A stretch of DNA of 62,435 nt, the filler included, from Hausera hauseri (lineage: Eukaryota): the NCBI GenBank assembly GCA_046269625.1. It is 11 parts of 11 records of this genome, joined end to end, with 100 filler letters (N's around TTAATTAATTAA, not from the genome) between each part and the next. Parts side by side here need not be neighbours in the genome. Positions count along the whole stretch, not along the records: positions 46,218 to 55,987 come from JBJURY010293280.1; positions 56,088 to 62,435 come from JBJURY010109653.1; 9 more parts are not named here. One strand, written 5' to 3'. Shown here in pieces: positions 51,100 through 62,435 of the stretch. A program made the position numbers and the translations under genes. The notes beneath the pieces are model-generated. The model was not told where the DNA came from. It was given only the letters and a program-made list of their open reading frames with translations, and ran no database searches. Positions within the stretch are counted from its first letter, which is position 1, and the number at the start of each line of letters is the position of its first letter.

Positions 51100-53240
51100 A
51101 ATGCCGCAAAATTACGATGGAACTAAAAAGCCGTCGAAATTATTTTGGATGTACATGGTCATTGTATTCGACAAATAGACCCGAAAGCTGGGCGTATTCT
51201 TTCGGTTTATTATTACAAAGATACTGAAATGATTTCCAAAGTGTCCGATGTCAGTTACGTGTTTATTATTCGGATGGATTTGGTCGATGCATATGTTCTC
51301 TGTCCAAAACCGAGATGAATTCTTTTGTGTAGCAGCCGAAAAAGCAATGAACAAAATCGGATGTACATTACACGAATTTAAGATCCATTGTCAAAGGATT
51401 ATTTTCTAGAATATTGGATGGGTAAATATAAACAAGATGAATACATCACTTCACATGCGGAATTGTACGTTCAAAAAGTGGTTCCTCACAAACATGGCTC
51501 AGACAATCCCATACAGAGGCTGCTGTGTTTGACAGAAACATGTCTTGTAGAATGAGATCCAGAAACTTATATCCTCGTTACTCTAAGACCGTTGTGCGAT
51601 ATATTTGCCTTAATTCCTAATCCAGAACAACCGCAAAAATTCATTATCGAATACGTTCAAGGAGTGGCTAGAACATACTTTTCTACAGATCGAGATTCAC
51701 GTTTATCATCTTTACCTGATGGTGCTCGTTCAAGCGGTAATCGCGATGAATGTGTTAAAATGAAACCCACCGAACGTTGGTATCGATTTGGTCCGTTTAT
51801 TGTGGCAGTTGAAGAAGAGGTTGAATCGCGGCATATGAAAATGATCCAACAAAAACCGGGGACCTTCTGCGTGTCAGACACGCTCCAAGAAACACCCGGT
51901 GGAATGAGCTTCAGTGAGGCGGTCAACAGATTCAATGCCAACATACCATACAGTGGACTATTGAATGTCGTTACACAAGAAGGTCTGTTTTCGAAAAATA
52001 AAGCAAGATTGATAAAAGGAGCTTTGGCATCACTTATTAATAGAGAATGCAATCAATCTGAGATTTCAGCACACGAATCAGAAGCGCAGTTTCATGCCGT
52101 AAGACGGTTGACAGCTTCGAAAGCTGATTTCCAAGCATTTACACAAATAAATAAAATGCGCGAAACTCTTGGCAAGAAAGTCTTTCTGGCACTTAGTAGA
52201 AACGATGAAGCCGTTGCTCACTTTGCCATTGATATAATCAATTCATTGATACAACCCATGCATGAAAACCATGATATACGACAGGAACAACTGAACAAGG
52301 ACAGTATTATGTCAAGCGATGAGTTTTTAGAAAGTCTCCCGGACATGTTTTCGCTTCATCTGCTACGTGAAACCGGTGCTTTGGTTATCAGTGCAACGCT
52401 GGACTTTTTGACATTCACAGTTTGCCCATCATACTGTGAAACGTCCAAAGGTGACAGCTTTGATACTTTGCTAAAATCCGAGTATGGCAACTGTGAAAGG
52501 TGTATGTCTGATCATCCAAGCTCTGATTGATGAAGCGGATTCGGAAGCTGGAGATTCATTGCAAAGACTTGCATTAGCAGAAGGCCTCTTACCGCAGCAT
52601 TTATTGAGTTCATAGTTTGCAAGAAACAATGATCATCGTAGTCTGGCATTTCGTCAACTCAATCTTCAGCTTCTTTCGTTGTGGCTTTCTGGAAATATCG
52701 AAGCCAAAGACTTTTTACGACGCGTTTTACCATTTGGTTTGACTTTGAACTTGGACAGTACCAATGAACCACCGGTGTCATCGATTGACTACTTGTTCGT
52801 TAGAGATGATCTGGAAACGGCACGGGTGCATTGTTTGGAAACCCAAAAGAAAAATGCCGAAGCACTAAGAGCATTAGAAAAGAAATCAGATAACCTTTTG
52901 ATGCACTGGCGAATAAAAAATTGTCTCAATATCAAACCGATTCGTGATAGAGATAAAAAACCAGTCTGTTTGAGGAAGCGACGAAAGCGCATAAAAGCGG
53001 TAGATAATTGGAAGCTGTTCTTTTATCGCTTCTGTCAAGATCATGCAAAACCCAATTTGATTTGGAATATCTAGACCAGAAAAGAATTTAGAGAAGCTCT
53101 GGAAAAAGAAATAACGGAATTTAAGCGCGAACGAAATTTCTGTACTCAATTAGAATCATCGGAAAAAACTGATGATCCAGACAATGTTGATGAAAGTTCA
53201 ACCGAAATGAACGAACAAACGAATACCAAACATAACAGAT
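51100..53240 (+). pseudogene. DNAJC13: RME-8/DNAJC13 N-terminal fragment, intronless
   Basis: RLLCLTETCLVE*DPETY..TLRPLCDIFAL, YFSTDRDS..DGARSSGNRDECVKM, FNANIPYSGL, QPMHENHDIRQEQLNK, LRKRRKRIK..NWKLF..DHAKPNLIWN; stops and frameshifts. Confidence 0.92.
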
Positions 53241-53963
53241 AGCAAGTGGTTCAATAACTATTGTCTGAAGCTGCTATTTTTGAAAATGTAAAGAAAATGA
53301 ATATGATAAAAGAATCGGTTATTATTGTTCGTAATTCAAGACGAAATAGTACAGATTTTATGTGTAAAAGACCTACTGCAGTTTTTGACGTTCAAACTGC
53401 ACAACCTTTTCTTTGCCATCGTGGATATCTATCAACTAATGCTTTTCTTTTTGATCGATCATCATTTGTTAAAAAATGAATGGCAAAAGTGATTATAGCG
53501 ACCTAAAAGATTTTCGAAATCAAGAAATGGCTCCTCAAATCGCAGATACTATTATACTGCCACCAAAAGGACAGATCAGGTCACACGGTACCAATTTCAA
53601 CTTAACAGTATTCTGTCCCGGTGAAAATTGCTCAGCGCAATCATTCTGTGTCAGAATCACATTGTCAATGCTCGGTCACAATGAAGATGCTGTCACTGCG
53701 TTCAGTAAAAGAACATTCAGACACAGGTGGGTGAGATTTTTTGCACTGATTTGCCCCCAGCAGTGCGACCATTTTTTGCTCATATGCAGACCCTTCCTGG
53801 TTCAAACTATTTTTCATTTTAAAGGGTTTCTAAGCTTAACATCTTTGAATATTCCTTTATCCCAATCATCATTTGTCACCGCTATCCCGGCTGTACGCTC
53901 GAACCGCTTCTTAACCCAAAAGGTAACTGCCCAAGCCCCCGTGCATTTCATCCTTCCCCTGGT

Positions 53964-54366
53964 ATGACCTCATTACAATTATCTTTCCTGGTCTTTAGCT
54001 ACAATCAACACATTACAACCTTAACAACACTACAATTATCTTTCCTGGTCTTTAGCTACAATCAACACAATATAACCTTAACAACACTACAATTATCTTT
54101 CCTGGTCTTTAGCTACAATCAACACATTACAACCTTAACAACACATTACAATTATCTTTCCTGGTCTTTAGCTACAATCAACACATTACAACCTAAACGA
54201 GACAGCACAGTTCTTATATAACGCTTTGTCCTCATCATATAACACTTCTGATTTCTATTTCACATATCAAGGGTTTATAATACGTCCTTCCTACTCCCTT
54301 TTGTTTTTCACATGCCATGAATGTCCTATCATCCACCTGGTGCTCCATTTTTGCCTTCGGGGTGGA
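53964..54366 (+). pseudogene. Ubiquitin-like N-terminal domain of Gag, disrupted by a tandem duplication
   Basis: Collapsing the repeat and restoring one base gives 77 aa: MTSLQLSFLVFSYNQHITTLNETAQFLYNALSSSYNTSDFYFTYQGFIIRPSYSLLFFTCHECPIIHLVLHFCLRGG|SD; LRGG at 54355-54366. Confidence 0.72.
53971..54194 (+). repeat. 57-bp tandem repeat, ~3.9 copies
   Basis: Unit CA(T/C)TACAATTATCTTTCCTGGTCTTTAGCTACAATCAACACATTACAACCTTAACAA. Confidence 0.95.
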
Positions 54367-56087
54367 TCGGACGCAAACCCATCTTTCTCGGATGACAAAT
54401 CCACGAATACAGGCAACGTATATCGTTTGCCACACTCCCACCAATCACGCGCTTCGTTAAATTTGCCTTGTGTGGAATTTTTCCTTGACAAAACAACTCC
54501 AGCAAACCATGGCTCCAATTCCACCAACAATGACTAAAATCAAACAGCATCACTGATTCTTTTGGACAAGCCAATAGTCTCTTAATTCTTCTGCCTGCCA
54601 ACGTCAAGCAGCAGATTAGTAATATCTCCAAGCTGCTACAATCCTCGACACCTTACGAGACACTCTGTGAAGCTGTACTGCATGTCACAGATCCTTCGAT
54701 TGACAATATAATACAAAAGTATTTTAACGACCACGCGATAGGAAGCCAAAAATATACGACTTTCTCCAAACGGCCATTCTGCAGCTTAGCGTTCTAGGAG
54801 TGATCCCTACGAATAACGCGGATCTAATTCGCCGTTATTTCTTGCCATCGTTGCCCACCTCAATCAGAGACTTACTAACCGTTGTCGACGAATCCACAGC
54901 GACCGGTGCCCTTTGGCTCATTTGGTTGGGCACGGCCGGGGGTCCCCTACCGCTGCCTCAAGCCCATTGTCGGGCCCGATCTTCCAACTCGAGGATCTAA
55001 ACGAGTCAGTAGTACCCGAAAAGAATCGCGATTGTCTTTGGAGAAAAATAAGATTAAACGTCGAAAACCTCAAGATAAATATAGAGAAAAATGCCATCAA
55101 GAATCGAAGTACAATACCCTATTGAATCAGTGACATTATGGATGCAGATTCAATAAGTTCTGGATTAATAGACCTAACACTAACATCCGAAATATAACTG
55201 ATGAAGAAATACTTCGATTAAGAAATCCTAATTCATTTACCAATATTCCCTCATCGATCCAGCATCAGGCCTCTGTGGAATCCACTAAATTCAATCTAAG
55301 TCAAATCAGTCAGGTTGAATACATTACATCATTACCAATATCGTCCCTTAGCAATGAATTACCTTTAGCACAGAAAATGGATTTTATATCTTCATAATCC
55401 CATTTAGTTATGGATATGTCAATGAGACTTCGTAGATCTGTTACTAAACAGAAATATGGTTCAATGGATATGTTAGGCCTATCCAGACAAGAGGAAGGAA
55501 ACCTCCAACGGACCATGTATGATTTCATGAAGCAGAGCACATTGAAATTAGAACAACGTAAATGTTCCATGAAATGTACCGCAGTTCTAACCCGCAATAA
55601 ATCCCATTCACCCATGTCTAAATTATCCATCACAGTACCAAATATGTATTTTCAAGAGTGTATTGAGAAAAGCATCTTAAAAATCCAAATGGATATTAAC
55701 GTAATCAAAATTCATCGTTGTTCACTACAGAAAATTGAATTCCTCCAGAATATGAACGGCACAGTAAAGTACTTAAAAGACAGACAAAACCAAAACCAAA
55801 ACCAAAAGCTGGTGTAGCGAAAAGGCGCCAGTTATCAAACAGCACTTGCCTGGTTCAAGAAGTATCAGAAAAATTCAGTCAAAATATAATTAATTTTCTT
55901 GGTAAACGATTTACGTCTGAGTTCTGTAACGGATTTTTGTGATATCCTTCATTTTTATCCCAATCTTATACCGCGTGATGACTATCGNNNNNNNNNNNNN
56001 NNNNNNNNNNNNNNNNNNNNNNNNNNNNNNNTTAATTAATTAANNNNNNNNNNNNNNNNNNNNNNNNNNNNNNNNNNNNNNNNNNNN

Positions 56088-56262
56088 CATCCTGATTTCG
56101 ACCATCAAAGAATGATGGCTTTGGGGCCAAAACATCTTGAGCACTTTGAGGCAATGACGAAAAATTTTTTCGTCTTTTCTCTGCTTGCTTCTCTGTTAAC
56201 GTGCAGATTTCCGATTTCATATCACTGGTGTGATCGCCAGTAAGAGAACTAGAAGATTCCAT
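56088..56262 (-). CDS. Possible first exon of a host gene, cut by the scaffold edge
   Basis: ATG 56262 after an AT-rich intergenic stretch; open to the edge; not recognised. Confidence 0.35.
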
Positions 56263-56684
56263 ATCAATTTATATTTCGAATATAATTGACATTATTCAAA
56301 CAAATTATCACATTTTCTAACTCTACCAATTAAATAAAATATAATACTTTATAACGTTACATTGCCTTAATAACATCATCGCAAAAATCTCGGCACACAA
56401 CACGTAAAGTCATTTATGATCGAACCCAAATCTTTTACCGCAGCATCTTTTAATTTCTCGTGAATTTTCATGTGGAAAACACGTTACGAAAGATGGGATG
56501 TTTAATCAAATAAATCTCGAAACAATTAGAGAATACTTATTAACATTTCAATTATAAACATACATTTACATTCCTGTCATTGAAAGACAAATAAATGATC
56601 ACTTTTAGTACTAACAAATAGAATTTTGATTTTACCATTTTCATTTAAACATTAAAAACAAACGAACTTTACAAACAACCGATA

Positions 56685-57042
56685 CTAATTTAATTCACTA
56701 ATATAATTGTCTAATTGTCGGTTGAATTCCATGAATGACATGGATTTTGCCATTTTAGACTTCATATGATGGTGACAATAAACTCTAAATAAAAGCATTT
56801 AAATAAAACAAACGATCGCGCTCTAAAGAAACCAACTTTCCCATAGTAGCAAAAACCGGTGAGATGAAAAGACCATAAATTAAAGCCATCTTCGGTTTAC
56901 CTAAATAACAGTGTGCCAAAATTTATAATAAACGTTGTTTTAAAAATATACTTGTCCAAAGAAAATAAAGTCCTGAAAAGGATACTCCACCCAAAATACC
57001 AGAGACTAAAATAGATTTCGTACAACTTGATTTTTTATTCAT
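56685..57042 (-). CDS. COX20: COX20-like cytochrome c oxidase assembly factor, 3 exons (57042-56952, 56900-56837, 56784-56685)
   Basis: Splicing two GT-AG introns (51 and 52 nt) gives SSCTKSILVSGILGGVSFSGLYFLWTSKPKMALIYGLFISPVFATMGKVYCHH..., two TM segments with the C..GI.GG..FL.TS...YC pattern. Confidence 0.55.
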
Positions 57043-57519
57043 GTAATTTTGAGAAAAATATGTATTCAATAGGCATTACTTTTTACTTCAAATACTTGTG
57101 TTTTTATGTTGACTTTCAACGATATAGATCAACGATAGTGAAATGTAGCATTTTATGAACATATTAATTATATTACAATTTATATTAATATAATATTACT
57201 TATAATAATAATTTATTATATAATAATTACTTAAGANNNNNNNNNNTTTTATTGCAATATATACCATATAAGCACAATAATAGCAGCCTAGTGCCATTTA
57301 TCACTTATTTAAAAAATAAAGAAACAGGCTTCGACCTTATTCCGTGTTCTTTACTGAAGAAAGTAAACAATATCAAACAGCGAGGGAAGATTGGAAGTGT
57401 TGCCTGTTTTTGTAAGCAAAAATTCATACATTAGATGTTTAACATAAGAATCTTGACAAAATTAAAAATTTAAACACCTCGAAGAATTGTGACCAGAAAA
57501 ATCCAAATGATTAATTTAG

Positions 57520-58006
57520 TATTTACCCATTCAGTGCGCCATTAGGCGAATATGACAGGCTTCACAAAACTTGTATATTATTTATATGTTAATTTAATTT
57601 ACATTATATAGATAATATCAAAATGAGGTTTCAAAAAATCTAAATGGAATTAACTTTTCTATGGTTTCTTGGTTTTTACAAAACAAGATCAGGTTAACTA
57701 AAAGTTAACCGTACAGGAAATATTAGCCATTAATAATTGTATATAACTGTACGAAATTTGCAGATGTTACAAATTCATATTAGTTTCTTAGTGAGAAAAG
57801 TGCCGTGCAGTTCGTCGCCTATTTGATGCGCCCTTTGTTAATATGAACTTGCATTATAAAACCATATGTTAATTAAATATTAATCTCATTCAGATTTTTT
57901 TGAAACCGCATTAATGTATTATCCAAATAACGTGAATTACGTTTAGCATATATTTTTCTGATGGTTTTATGAAATATGCCATATTTACTAATCTATTGGA
58001 TAAATG
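57520..58006. mobile_element. Degenerate foldback/MITE with ~145-bp inverted arms
   Basis: 57520-57665 aligns to the reverse complement of 57860-58006 (shared AATG.GGTTTCAAAAAATCT.AATG core). Confidence 0.5.
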
Positions 58007-58374
58007 AAGCATTTATAGTACCAAAACGCATACCATTTATTTTTATTTCATTTATATTGTATAATTTGCATAATTATTTCTAAGGTACCAAATAATGAAA
58101 ACGAACTTAAAGTTTTCTTATTTCTTTGATTTTTCCTATAGAGACACTCAAATTTAATTAATTGCTATATAGTTTTAAAATTTTTTTCACACATTGATGT
58201 ATTTTTTATTAATCCATTTTAGTGTTGCAACACATGCTTTAATTGAATTCATCTGTTCTGTAGGAAAATTTTGGTGTTTTATTTTATTCAGTAATTTGTA
58301 TCGTTATTTGGTGTTAATTTTTTATCCGATTATGTATTTACTGAAATACTATAGCCGATTCTTTCGAAAAATTG

Positions 58375-58625
58375 TCAGAAAAATACGACACCAACCAAAA
58401 ACTGAACGCTACATACCGGAAAGAGAAGATATCCCAAATCCTAAAATGTACATGCTGTTACTTATGTACAATGGAGCTAAATACCACGGTATGCAATTCT
58501 GCGCTGATACAATTACCATTAAAAAGCTATTCTGGATTCGTTACATCATCTCAATTTAATCAATCAAAATGCGTCTAAACAACCCCACTGTGTTATTTCA
58601 ATCGTGTTTCTAAAATCGACAAGTT
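58375..58625 (+). pseudogene. TruA-family pseudouridine synthase (PUS1-like) N-terminal fragment
   Basis: MLLLMYNGAKYHGMQ..TI and a downstream FQ.C..IDK remnant of the FQRCARTDKGV motif; frameshifted. Confidence 0.6.
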
Positions 58626-59059
58626 TGTTTGAAAAATGTAAATGAAAAGAAGTTTGTTTAGTACAAATAAAGTTTATTTACCGTGAACTTTTTGAATTTA
58701 AAATCGGCCATTGTAAACGATTTCGTAAATTTTAATTATATCAATTTTCGATTGCATTTCTTTATTGTGAACAGTTTATTTTCTTCGATTTTGAAGATAC
58801 ATTTATTACGTATGCAGTTATAAAATGAGAGAAGTTTTGAATCATTTATTCTGCTATCCAATTCCTATAATCGCAGTGTTCTTCGTGAATCCATTGAAAA
58901 TAAGAGATACAGTTCTCATGGTGACAAAATTGCGTGAAACCAGATTATATGCTGTTGATTTATTTTTCGTGAAAAAAGGAAACAAGCGACATCTGAATCT
59001 CGGCCAAGGCTTAAAATACATATTTCCCAGTTTCTCGTTATTCTTTTAATATTACATTG

Positions 59060-59670
59060 CAAATTTTCAACTCCGTTACGAATTTCAATAAGTTCTATGT
59101 GGAAAGCCTTCAGGAATGGAATGCCACCTATTAATGTCGGTATTACTTTCTCTACAACTTAAAAGGTTATCTATTTTTTCCCACTTTCAATGCTTAATAA
59201 AATTTTACCCAACACTCGTAACGATGTATTATTCGCATAACGCATTTGACACGTAATTTTGTTCTATTTAAAGCGCCCAACAAGATTTTATCTGTAATAT
59301 TTATTCCAGCACCTGTTTCTAATAGACAATTGAATTTTCTTTGAATTACTATCCGAATACCGGGGCGCCCTTGAAACCAGTTACAATTAATTTCACAATC
59401 ATAAGGTTGGTTCAATTTCCTCGTTTCACAAGGTTGTAAACAATTATCAGAATCAGGATTTTTATAATCAAATGTACAATCGTCATTTTTAAACTTTTCA
59501 TTATGTAGAGTAGGCAATGTATAAAACGGACAAATAAAATATTACTTTTAGGCATATCTACATTATCATAATTAATATTAGCACAGTACTTACTAAAAAT
59601 ATCAATATTTAAAACACTACTATTAAAATTTGTAGAAAAAATCGGTCCACATAAAAATAAATCACCTGCA
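59060..59670 (-). mobile_element. Gypsy gag-end/protease fragment; diverged duplicate of 61800-62430
   Basis: GRPGIRIVI..CLLETGAGINIT (degenerate DTG); colinear nucleotide similarity with 61800-62430. Confidence 0.75.
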
Positions 59671-61129
59671 TCTCATGTAGATTCCTAACTGCCGGAGTCT
59701 ACATGTTTAGAACAATTTACTTATTCTTTTACTACAGACGGACGATGACGAATTAGATGAAAAGGAAATTATATCAAAACACAGTGAAATGCGAAATAAT
59801 TTTTTGAACTCCGACATGCCCGATGGAATTGAAGTTTGAAACGTGATATTAAATGGACAAAATCCAGGATTGAGTAAAATGAACCGGATCACTAGAGATT
59901 TAATATTAAACGCAATAATTGTGAAACCTTTGACGAAATCGAATTTTTTACCTCGTCTTTCATCACGGGTTTTAGATGAATCAGTGCCTAACGTTGTGGC
60001 ACAATACACCGAAAAACAAATGCCATTGATTTCTATAAGTGAAAATGAAACGATGGAATCGTTTATTAAATATTGGAATCGTTTTATTACACGATAACAT
60101 ATCTTCACTAGTTCAATAATTGATCATCAGCTTAACGACAAAGAAGCTGGTTATTTTCTCGTCTCTAAAGTGTTACTGTTCAATTCACCAGAACCATACG
60201 TACGAAAATCGTTTTAGTCAAGAGATTCGGTATAATTGAAACGGTTCTGAGTTGTTTCCAAACTCAAATCACTTTTTGAAAAATTTCATCGAGAATACAA
60301 TCAATTTTAGAGGTAAATGACATTTTGCGATATTACGGGAATTCACATAATCATTTTTACCATGTTCAAAGTCCGTTTCAATCGAAATTTTCTCGTTCTG
60401 TGTTACGATTTGCTGAAATGTGCCAACAGAGTGAAGGGTGTAATAAAATCTGTTTCTGTTGTAACATGTCATTTGCAAAATTAATTACAACTCATCCATT
60501 ATTTACAATCGGTTTTAAAAATTCCATCGAAAAAGAAAATTTACCCAGTTCAAATTTCAGTCTCATAGACAATATTAACAGTAACGTTACTAGTCAATAA
60601 CTGTAAATATCTCTATTTGATTATGAGTACTTATCATATAATTTGAAAAGATCGGAATTTTGGATTGATGATTTTTACGCAAAATGTTGGTATTATTCTC
60701 GCTATTTCTGTGAGAAACTTTACGTCGGAAGTAGATGAAATAACGTTTCTATAATTTCGGTTATAGATGATTTTAATAATATCGTTAGTTTTTGTTTTTG
60801 TTTTTCTGGTTCCACGAGTGTTGGCATGGGTTGTGTTGTGGAGGGAATTGTTTTTATACTTGAGAGGGTTAAAATGATTGTTGGAAAACAAGATTAAAGA
60901 TAAACATTCCCAAATGATAGTATGTGTCCATCGAAATCAGGTATTTGCAAACTTAAATAAATTAATGGTGAAAGGAAAATTAATTGAGGATAAAAATATG
61001 TGTGAATCGAATTCAAAAATATTTGGGCTCAGTGGAAAATTGATGAATGTGAGTTCGTATTCTAATATGGCCAATATTTTAATGGATAAAGTTTTTTATT
61101 TTAAGGTTGATATGTGTAATGTTAAAATA

Positions 61130-62435
61130 ATTAATATAATTCAATTGAAGATAATTCAATTCCCCAATGACCGTGTGCATCAATTTCTGGAAGGTAAATG
61201 GCGCAGCAGCTATACCGAAGGGAATTCTGGTAAAACAGTATTTTCCTGTCTTTGTTGAAAATGTTGTTTTTATTTGTGACTCCTCAGTAAACTGAACTTG
61301 GTAATAAGCATTACCCAAGTCTATTAAACTAAATATTGTGGTCCCGTTTAAAGAATCAAGCATTTCTGAAATATTTAGTATAGGAAAATTTGGTTTGACG
61401 GTAATTTCATTCAGCTGTCTGAAATCTAGACACAAAGGTACATGTCTTTTATCTTTCCAAACTCAAACTATCGGAGTGTGTCATCCTGAATCACACTTTC
61501 TGATAATTCCATTATTTTCTACATTAGATATTAATTCATCCAATGATGGTTTTGATGAATAGGATTACTCACAGTTTCAATGTGGTGCTTAAGTAAGGGA
61601 GTTTAACCGACATCCCACTTGTGTGCCATAAATATAGACGAATTTCGAGATACAATATTGAATAATGGTGATTTATTAGAAATATTCTAAGTATCTAGTG
61701 CTTTCTTCCTTCTAATTATGTCTGAAATTTCTAATTCAAACTTACTAACTATACTACATATTTCCGAGTTTCGTGTTATTACTTCAGCATCTCATATTGT
61801 CAAATATTCAACTTCATTACGAATTTTAATAGTTCTATATGGAAAGCCTTCAGGAATGGAATGTCACTTATTAATGTCGGGGTCACTTTCTCCACAACGT
61901 AAGAGGCCATCTGTTTTTCTTCGTTCCCAATTTCAATGCTTAATAAAATTTTACCCAACACCTGTAATGATGTATTGCTTGCACAACGTACTAGACACGT
62001 GTGATTCGTATCTAATTTTCTATCATTTATAGCAGCCAACAAGCTTTTATCTGTTACATTTATTCTAGTCCCTTTGTCTAATGAACATTGGAATTTCGTT
62101 CTCTGAATTACTATCTGAATACGGGGTCCCTCTTGAAACCAGTCATAATTAATTTCACAATCGGTTCAATTTTTTCGTTTCACAAGTTTGTAAACAATTA
62201 ATTTCAACTTGTTTATCGGAATCAAGATTTTATATTCAAATGGACAATCGTCATTATTGGACGTTTTATCATTCAGGGTAAACAATAAATAAAACAGACA
62301 ATTAAAATATTATTTTTAGACTTATTTACATTATTAATACTAGTACAGTAATTACTAAAATTATCAGTATTTGAAACATTACTTTGAAAATTTGTAGAAA
62401 AAATCGGTTCACATAAAATCACCTTCTGCTCCCTG
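61130..62435 (-). mobile_element. Decayed Ty3/Gypsy fragment (PR, RT N-half) of a second family
   Basis: CLDFRQLNEITVKPNFPI..IDLGNAYYQV..KTTFST..IPFGIAAAPFTFQKLM; breaks before YxDD. Confidence 0.88.

Larger units (their letters stand above)
53880..54900 (+). mobile_element. Truncated Gypsy 5' end (leader, UBL-gag), same subfamily as 20010-23420
   Basis: LNLPCVEFFLDKT, NSLLILLPANVKQQI, DLIRRYFLPSLPTSIRDLLTVVDES match the gag at 22600-23100. Confidence 0.85.

Noticed and set aside
53971-54194. CRISPR array
   Set aside because: Head-to-tail repeats with no unique spacers, eukaryotic context, no cas genes
59710-60600. Identifiable host gene fragment
   Set aside because: Coding-like with stops, but no family recognised

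Overview
AT-rich eukaryotic (animal-like, 44-52 nt introns) DNA, not a contiguous locus. Eleven short scaffolds are joined by an artificial 100-nt spacer (N44-TTAATTAATTAA-N44) at 4002, 8694, 14070, 19910, 23959, 30676, 36913, 41910, 46118 and 55988, so adjacency across spacers carries no information. Content is mostly decayed mobile DNA: a mariner, an ITmD37E-like Tc1, two hATm-like elements, MITEs, five copies of CsRn1/Kabuki-type (CHCC Gag) Ty3/Gypsy elements, a second Gypsy family, a Polinton/adintovirus-type DNA polymerase B, and a divergent TBP-like gene. There are also host-gene fragments (cathepsin L, a MAP3K, PRMT3, TM9SF2, PDS5, a mucin-like repeat protein, RME-8, PUS1) and one likely intact spliced gene (COX20-like). 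Main leads: (1) four Gypsy copies from two subfamilies begin Gag with a ~77-79 aa ubiquitin-like domain ending in (L/I)(R/Q)GG, a candidate DUB-cleaved leader; (2) intronless host-gene mosaics lie between an LTR-end/PBS and the Gypsy leader, always co-oriented, suggesting retro-capture; (3) an LTR element has an intact 690-aa env-position ORF carrying a catalytically dead DEDDh exonuclease domain; (4) the virus-like TBP. All family calls come from motif recognition by eye; no searches were run.
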